From: a virus
Lineage: Duplodnaviria; Caudoviricetes
Reading direction: 5' to 3' (one strand)
IMG/VR virus record: IMGVR_UViG_3300020477_000033
Location: 1-53,591 of that record
DNA length: 53,591 bases
Below the pieces are notes generated by a model. The model was not told where the DNA came from. It searched no databases and was given only the letters and a program-made list of their open reading frames with translations. A program made the position numbers and the translations under genes. Of this stretch, positions 47,889 to 53,591 are shown piece by piece; position 1 is the stretch's first letter; each line of letters begins with the position of its first letter.

Positions 47889-50800
47889 ATGCCTTCTGGA
47901 GTTAAAATAAAAAGAGGTGATGGTGCACCTGCAGCTGGAGCTGATGGATCAGGCGGTGTTTGGCCTTACGAACTAGCTTGGGATTACACGAATAATAAGT
48001 TATATATTAACGATAACGGAACTATGCGTGAAATTGGTGGTGACACTTATTCAGCAGGAACAAATATATCCTTATCAGGCACTACTTTTAATGTAGATGA
48101 TGCCTTTCTAAAGAATGATGCAAGTGATACTATGAGTGGCTCTTTAACAGTTACTGGAGTTGTACATGTTCAAAGTGGAGATGATTTTGCATTAGGAGAA
48201 ATAACTAATACCTTAAGAATGAAAGGTAATAGCACAAATTCATTTAATTTCTTAAATAATGGTAATGGTTGGGCACATTTAAATTGTGGTAATGTAGTAG
48301 CAGCAGGGTCAGTATCAATAGGTGGACACGCAGTTGACGATATTGATGTTGGTTCTGAGTTCGTTGATGCTGACGACCACTTAATGACTTCTGGAGCTAT
48401 TAAAGAAAAAATTGAGAGTTATGGATATGTTACAAGTGCAGGAATATCTCACGATGGTTCTACTAATAATGGTGTATTAACCTATAAAGATGCAGATGAA
48501 GCAACAGTAGAATCTAATCTTACTTTTAATGGAAGCACTTTAACTCTTGACGGTTCAAACGATGGTAATAGAAATATTGAAATTGGTTCAGGTGGTTCTG
48601 GAACAGCCTTTGTAGATTTAATTGCAAGTGATACTTATTCAGATTATAGTTTAAGACTTATTAGATGGTCTGGAGATAATGCTACATCAGATTTAACTCA
48701 TAGAGGAACTGGAGATTTGAGATTTATCACTTCAGATGCTGCTAATATTTTATGGCTTACTGGTGGTGCTGAAAAAATGCGAATGGTTCATAGCACAGGA
48801 AATCTTGGAATAGGCACTAACTCGCCAACACAAAAATTAGATGTTGCAGGACATGCTCACATAGAAGGTAATATATATTTTGGAGATGATAGTGTTTGGC
48901 AATTAGATGATACTTCTTGGACAGGTGGGAGTGCTAATCAAGCAAATATTATGCTTACAGGTTCAAGTGGTTGGTTTGGATTTCACGGAGATAGTAGTAA
49001 TACTGTTAGCATACTTGCCGACGGAGATATAAGAGCATTAGGACATATGAGAGTTGGCAATAATGAGGGTTATACTCAATATGATGCAGCAGGAAATATT
49101 GCAACAGTAATGAACCAAGATGGTTCTGATATTTTATTTATAGGAGATACAACCCATACTGAACAAATAAAAATTCGTTCTGCTAATAAGACAGGTAATG
49201 GATATATACATTGTCAAACAGATGGCAATATAGGATTTAATGGTAATGCTACTTTTAGTTCTCCAATGACTTGTAATTATGGAGCAGTATTTAATGAGGG
49301 TAGTCATGATTCAGATTTTAGAGTAGAAAGCAATGGGTATGCAAATGCTTTTAAAGTAGATGCAGGGTCAGACAGGGTAGATATTGGAGTATCTCATAAA
49401 GCCGAATATGGTATGAGATTAGATGGTTTAAATAGGACAGGCGGTAATGCGTCAAGTCATCACTTAACATCTTGGCACAATATTCTAACTTATAGTGATA
49501 ATACTAATATGGCAGGCTCAATAATTATTAATACTGATATTACAAGGGCGTCTGCTAGAATGTGTAGTATACATGTTGTAGGTTATGCTTATGGAGCGTC
49601 AAAGGCAATAGATTTTACAATATCATTTTATACTTATTCAGGGGTAAATGGACAAGATGGGGTAGCAGGTTATCCATATGCAGCGTCCTTAGTTGATAGA
49701 GGAACAGATGGTTTCAATAAATATGTAGGAGTTAATTCAAGCGGTAATATTGCTATCGCTATTGGCGACCACGATAGTGGAAATAAATATTATTATGGAT
49801 TTAAAGTAACGAGGGATAACCACTTAAATTCAACAGGACATAGTGCTTATAGCAGTTGGACAACTGGTTCATCAACTACTGATGGATTTGGTTGGCTAGA
49901 CAAAAGAACTCCAACCCATTATCTTAATAGGGGAATGACTTATGACCAAACTTATACAAAGATTATAGACCCATCAGGAAATACAAAAGCGTGGTTTGGA
50001 GATAGTGGAGATGAAAACAATTATTACAATGGCGGACAACATATTTTTAGAGCAGCGAATAGTACAGAATATTTAAGAATAACAAGTGGTCATATATCTA
50101 ATACTTCAGGTGGAGATTTCCATTTAAGACGAGATACTTCAAATGATGACATGATTGAAATTAATGCATCTGATACAAGAATTTATGGAGATGCAAACGA
50201 ACGAATGAGAATTGGTAGCATTGTTCGTTGTTATAAACCTTTTTATGTAAAAACAACTTCAAGTTCAGCAGAAATGAGATTTTATCACGAAGATGGAACT
50301 GGTAATATAGCAGATACTTTTGCTGACACAACAACTGATAAATCTTATATTAATTTTCAAGCAGGAGATAGTAGCAATGACCCTGGGTATATTATGCACG
50401 AAACATCTGATAGTGAAACTAATGAAGGTGTTATTCACATTTGTCCATCAGATGATAATGCTGATGCTGATTATGTTTCTATTCACGGAACAAATGATGC
50501 TGATAGTTTAAAACTTTCTACATCAGGAAAAATTGAAGGAGTTAGCACTATAAGTGCAGATGACGGTAGTGCAGGTTCTCCAAGTTATACAAATAATGGA
50601 GACAATAATACAGGTATGTATTTCCCTGCTGCAGACAATATAGGATTTAGTGTTAATGGTGGAGAAGTGGTTAGAATAGATGGTTCTGGACTTGGAGTAG
50701 GAATAACTCCAGCAGAAACATTAGATTTAAAAACTTCTTCTGGGGATTGTAGAATTAGAATGGATGCTCCTGATGGAAGTGATTGTGAAATTAAATTTTA

Positions 50801-51308
50801 TAATGATGGAACAGTTCAATATACTATGGGATATGACGATGGTGCTGATGAATTTAGAATTGGAACAAGTAATGTTGATAGTGGAGTAAGATTTAAATTA
50901 ACTGACAATGGTGTTAACATTGCAGATGGTGGTTTAGGAGTAGATGTTGCTCCAAGCACTACTGATGGAAGAATAGATGCTGCTAATGATGTAGTTGCTT
51001 ATTCAACATCAGATAAAAGATTGAAAGAAAATATTAAACCATTAGATAATGCATTAGATAAAGTAATGCAGATTAGTGGTGTAGAATTTGACTGGAAAAA
51101 ACTAACTGAAAAAGAGAAAGAAACTATTCATGGTAATGAAGGACACGATGTTGGTGTTATTGCACAAGAAGTTGAAGAAGTATTACCAGAAGTAGTTACT
51201 CAAAGAGATAGTGGATATAAAGCAGTTAAATATGAGAAAATAGTGCCTTTACTAATAGAGGCAATTAAGGAACTTAAACAAGAGATACAGGAGTTAAAAA
51301 ATGGCTAA
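47889..51308 (+). CDS. Long tail fibre with C-terminal intramolecular chaperone (peptidase S74)
   Basis: GNLGIGTNSP..KLDV repeats; SDKRLKENI...GVIAQEV...LLIEAIKEL. Confidence 0.92.
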   Translation: MPSGVKIKRGDGAPAAGADGSGGVWPYELAWDYTNNKLYINDNGTMREIGGDTYSAGTNISLSGTTFNVDDAFLKNDASDTMSGSLTVTGVVHVQSGDDFALGEITNTLRMKGNSTNSFNFLNNGNGWAHLNCGNVVAAGSVSIGGHAVDDIDVGSEFVDADDHLMTSGAIKEKIESYGYVTSAGISHDGSTNNGVLTYKDADEATVESNLTFNGSTLTLDGSNDGNRNIEIGSGGSGTAFVDLIASDTYSDYSLRLIRWSGDNATSDLTHRGTGDLRFITSDAANILWLTGGAEKMRMVHSTGNLGIGTNSPTQKLDVAGHAHIEGNIYFGDDSVWQLDDTSWTGGSANQANIMLTGSSGWFGFHGDSSNTVSILADGDIRALGHMRVGNNEGYTQYDAAGNIATVMNQDGSDILFIGDTTHTEQIKIRSANKTGNGYIHCQTDGNIGFNGNATFSSPMTCNYGAVFNEGSHDSDFRVESNGYANAFKVDAGSDRVDIGVSHKAEYGMRLDGLNRTGGNASSHHLTSWHNILTYSDNTNMAGSIIINTDITRASARMCSIHVVGYAYGASKAIDFTISFYTYSGVNGQDGVAGYPYAASLVDRGTDGFNKYVGVNSSGNIAIAIGDHDSGNKYYYGFKVTRDNHLNSTGHSAYSSWTTGSSTTDGFGWLDKRTPTHYLNRGMTYDQTYTKIIDPSGNTKAWFGDSGDENNYYNGGQHIFRAANSTEYLRITSGHISNTSGGDFHLRRDTSNDDMIEINASDTRIYGDANERMRIGSIVRCYKPFYVKTTSSSAEMRFYHEDGTGNIADTFADTTTDKSYINFQAGDSSNDPGYIMHETSDSETNEGVIHICPSDDNADADYVSIHGTNDADSLKLSTSGKIEGVSTISADDGSAGSPSYTNNGDNNTGMYFPAADNIGFSVNGGEVVRIDGSGLGVGITPAETLDLKTSSGDCRIRMDAPDGSDCEIKFYNDGTVQYTMGYDDGADEFRIGTSNVDSGVRFKLTDNGVNIADGGLGVDVAPSTTDGRIDAANDVVAYSTSDKRLKENIKPLDNALDKVMQISGVEFDWKKLTEKEKETIHGNEGHDVGVIAQEVEEVLPEVVTQRDSGYKAVKYEKIVPLLIEAIKELKQEIQELKNG

Positions 51309-51540
51309 GAAAATAGCAGAAAAATCGCAAGACATAGCAGACGCAATTAAGTATGTTGAAATTAAACATCTTCGCACAATGAAAAATGAAGAAGGTAAAG
51401 ATGTTACAGTTGTGGATAAAGTTCAAGAAAAACCAGTGGACGAAGCAATCGCACAAGCAGAAAAGAGATTGGCAGTGGTAGAGGCGGAAGCAACTGAACT
51501 TAAAGCAGACATTGCTGAATATAAAAAGATAAAGGGATAG
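51301..51540 (+). CDS. Small coiled-coil protein
   Basis: 79 aa, RBS. Confidence 0.7.
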   Translation: MAKKIAEKSQDIADAIKYVEIKHLRTMKNEEGKDVTVVDKVQEKPVDEAIAQAEKRLAVVEAEATELKADIAEYKKIKG

Positions 51541-51541
51541 T

Positions 51542-51886
51542 ATGGCAGGTCCAGCAGTAGGAACAAGTAATGTGGGACTTAGAGCAATAGGTAGTGCTAT
51601 TGGTGAAGCTACGCAAGTATCTCAAACTAGTAATTTAAGTTTGGCAAGTATATTAAGTGGCGATAGTCATGATGGAATACAAAATACATTTCCAAACAAT
51701 GACGATAGTGGTCCAGCAGATACTTTTAATAGAATAGGTGGAACTAATAATCCTATACAAAGCACATCATTAGATAATCCTGGTGCAAGTATTATGAATA
51801 ATTTGTCTTCAGCTCCATTTCATATGAGCCATACATTTGGTGGACAACACGCTGATTTAGGTGGCGGAGGAGGTCCAGGTCGATGA
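51542..51886 (+). CDS. Gly/Ser-rich hypothetical protein
   Basis: 114 aa, coupled to the methyltransferase. Confidence 0.65.
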   Translation: MAGPAVGTSNVGLRAIGSAIGEATQVSQTSNLSLASILSGDSHDGIQNTFPNNDDSGPADTFNRIGGTNNPIQSTSLDNPGASIMNNLSSAPFHMSHTFGGQHADLGGGGGPGR

Positions 51887-52554
51887 AAGGTTATGCATAT
51901 GGTGCAACTTATACTGTAACAGAAGATGCAATAATAGATGAAGCAACAGGTTGGGATGTAATGTCTACTTGGGAAACTCCTATTATGCAAAAACATGCTG
52001 ATATAGTATGTGCTAATGGTGGACATATATTAGAATTTGGTTTTGGTATGGGTATTAGTGCTGGTTTAATACAAGAAAAAGATATTGAATCGCATACGAT
52101 CATTGAGATCAATGATGGAATATATGCTAATTTAGTAGAATGGGCTAAAGATAAGCCTAATGTTATAGCAGTTAAAGGAGACTGGTATAATGATATACCT
52201 AAAGATAAGAAATATGATGGTATTTTTTATGATGGGTTTGGAGATATGATGAATAAAAGATATTTTCCTACAAGAATTATGGAACATTGTAAGGTTGGGA
52301 CTATCCTTACTTGGTATAATAATCTCTTAAAAGAAGAAAGCCAATATGATGGTGATGTAAAAACAATGAACAGATTACATAATGGTAAAGCATTGGGAGA
52401 TTTAGAACAGTTTAAAAGTCCAGAAAGAATTACTTACGAAGCAGTAAGTTTAACAATACCAGATGAAGCTAGAGTAAAATGGTATTTAGAGGGTGATGGT
52501 AATGTTTACTATGCACCAAAATTAACAGTAGATAACACCGATATAGGGGGATAA
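51883..52554 (+). CDS. GAMT/Rmt2-like class I SAM methyltransferase
   Basis: VMSTWETPIMQKHA...GGHILEFGFGMGISA...HTIIE...YDGIFYD. Confidence 0.88.
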   Translation: MKGYAYGATYTVTEDAIIDEATGWDVMSTWETPIMQKHADIVCANGGHILEFGFGMGISAGLIQEKDIESHTIIEINDGIYANLVEWAKDKPNVIAVKGDWYNDIPKDKKYDGIFYDGFGDMMNKRYFPTRIMEHCKVGTILTWYNNLLKEESQYDGDVKTMNRLHNGKALGDLEQFKSPERITYEAVSLTIPDEARVKWYLEGDGNVYYAPKLTVDNTDIGG

Positions 52555-52555
52555 A

Positions 52556-52849
52556 GTGGCAAACGAAGTAAGTAAAGATAGCAAATTTACACTTAGTATA
52601 GAAACACTAGCTGGAATAGCTACAAGTATTTTTCTTGTAGTTGGTATGTGGTTTACGCTTCAAGCTGATATTGAAGAAGCAAAAGAATTACCAAAACCAG
52701 AAGTAGGTCGAACAGAGTATGATTTGAAAGATCAAATGATTAGAAATACAATCATCGAGACACAAAAAGATGTGGGTGAGATGAAAGAAGAACAAAAAGA
52801 AATGCGTGAAGATGTTAAGAATATTGAACGTATGATGATGCAGAAGTGA
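52556..52849 (+). CDS. Membrane-anchored coiled-coil protein (variant of 1077..1367)
   Basis: Shared MWFTL.ADIEEAKELP; divergent N-terminus. Confidence 0.7.
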   Translation: MANEVSKDSKFTLSIETLAGIATSIFLVVGMWFTLQADIEEAKELPKPEVGRTEYDLKDQMIRNTIIETQKDVGEMKEEQKEMREDVKNIERMMMQK

Positions 52850-52858
52850 GGAAACATT

Positions 52859-53266
52859 ATGATGAAAAAATACTTAAAACAATGCTTATTAGTCTTTGGA
52901 TTGTTTTTATCCTCGTCCTTATTGTATGGGCAAAGTAAGCTTAAAAATTTACAAGAAGTACAATTCTTAAGTCAAAACCAATGTGTGGTTATACAGGTTA
53001 ATGCAGACTGGAATGCAAGAGCTGGTATTGATTTAGGAAAAATGAAGAACTGTGTTTGGTTTAATGCCAGTATAGACAATAAAGAATATGGTGCTATAAT
53101 AGCAACTGAATGGAAGATTGCTTCAGTTCCTACAATAATTATGTTTGAAAAAGGAAAAGAGATTAAAAGATGGGAAGCAGGATTATCATTTGCATTAAAT
53201 GCAGACGATATTAAAAAAGAAATAAAGAATGAAATTGATGAAATTATGTTAAGGAGGTTTCAGTAA
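52859..53266 (+). CDS. Secreted thioredoxin-fold protein (variant of 1380..1787)
   Basis: Near-identical mature region, divergent signal peptide. Confidence 0.7.
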   Translation: MMKKYLKQCLLVFGLFLSSSLLYGQSKLKNLQEVQFLSQNQCVVIQVNADWNARAGIDLGKMKNCVWFNASIDNKEYGAIIATEWKIASVPTIIMFEKGKEIKRWEAGLSFALNADDIKKEIKNEIDEIMLRRFQ

Positions 53267-53591
53267 TGAAAAAACTATTAGTAGGATTAATGTTAATGTG
53301 CTCTTTAAGTGCTCAAGACTTCTTTAAGTTTAGCACTATTTATGGAGCATACAACTTAACAAGTCCTTTAACAAAAGACCAGACTTATCAAGTTAGTAAT
53401 GGTGCTTTACAAGAAATACAAGAAGAGCTAGAAGACCACGGTTCTTTAACTCTAGGTATTAGAAAGTTAGCAAGATTTGATTATGAGAATAAACCTGAAG
53501 TATGGTATACAGGGAAAGAAGCTCCTATCAATGAAAGTGTTATGATTGGTAATGGTATGGCACAAGGTTGGGAATATGTATTAGAATACTC
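53266..53591 (+). CDS. Outer-membrane beta-barrel protein, 3'-truncated copy
   Basis: MKKLLVGLMLMCSLSAQDFFKF matches the 1797 gene; runs off the window. Confidence 0.75.
   Translation, partial: MKKLLVGLMLMCSLSAQDFFKFSTIYGAYNLTSPLTKDQTYQVSNGALQEIQEELEDHGSLTLGIRKLARFDYENKPEVWYTGKEAPINESVMIGNGMAQGWEYVLEY

Larger units (their letters stand above)
1..53591. mobile_element. Tailed dsDNA bacteriophage genome (podovirus-like), near complete
   Basis: Terminase, portal, capsid, tail, lysis and replication genes in two divergent blocks; ends overlap in gene content. Confidence 0.96.
52022..53591 (+). repeat. Right copy of imperfect terminal duplication
   Basis: Near-identical to 1..2122 with many substitutions; lacks the 531..1076 block. 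Confidence 0.95.

Noticed and set aside
52022-53591. Diversity-generating retroelement (TR/VR pair) as the cause of the duplicated region
   Set aside because: No reverse transcriptase seen; differences are not adenine-specific, are largely synonymous and span several genes
1-53591. Alternative genetic code or temperate lifestyle
   Set aside because: Genes are long and tightly packed in the standard code with all three stops used; no integrase or clear repressor recognised

Overview
This is an AT-rich, apparently near-complete tailed dsDNA phage genome with podovirus-like architecture, about 52 kb unique. The two ends are imperfect copies of the same region (1..2122 vs 52022..53591). The plus-strand late block (36515..53591, continuing 1..23111) encodes terminase, portal, scaffold, major capsid, head-tail adaptors, tail fibres, a GAMT/Rmt2-like methyltransferase, envelope and lysis proteins, a metallophosphoesterase, a tail tubular protein and lysozyme. 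It ends in a 3533-aa protein carrying two-barrel RNA polymerase catalytic motifs and a SLOG domain (candidate virion RNAP). The minus-strand early block (36303..23193) encodes GroES, a Holliday junction resolvase, a primase-helicase, SSB and an annealing protein. Most notably it also carries a complete-looking ubiquitin-like conjugation cassette: Ubl with GG plus an 11-aa tail, a large E2-like protein, a JAB peptidase and an E1/ThiF enzyme. Early intergenic regions carry long RNA hairpins, and a highly structured ORF-free region lies at about 34.8-35.6 kb. I did not see an integrase, DNA polymerase, tRNA or CRISPR array. All family calls come from motif recognition by eye; no database searches were run.
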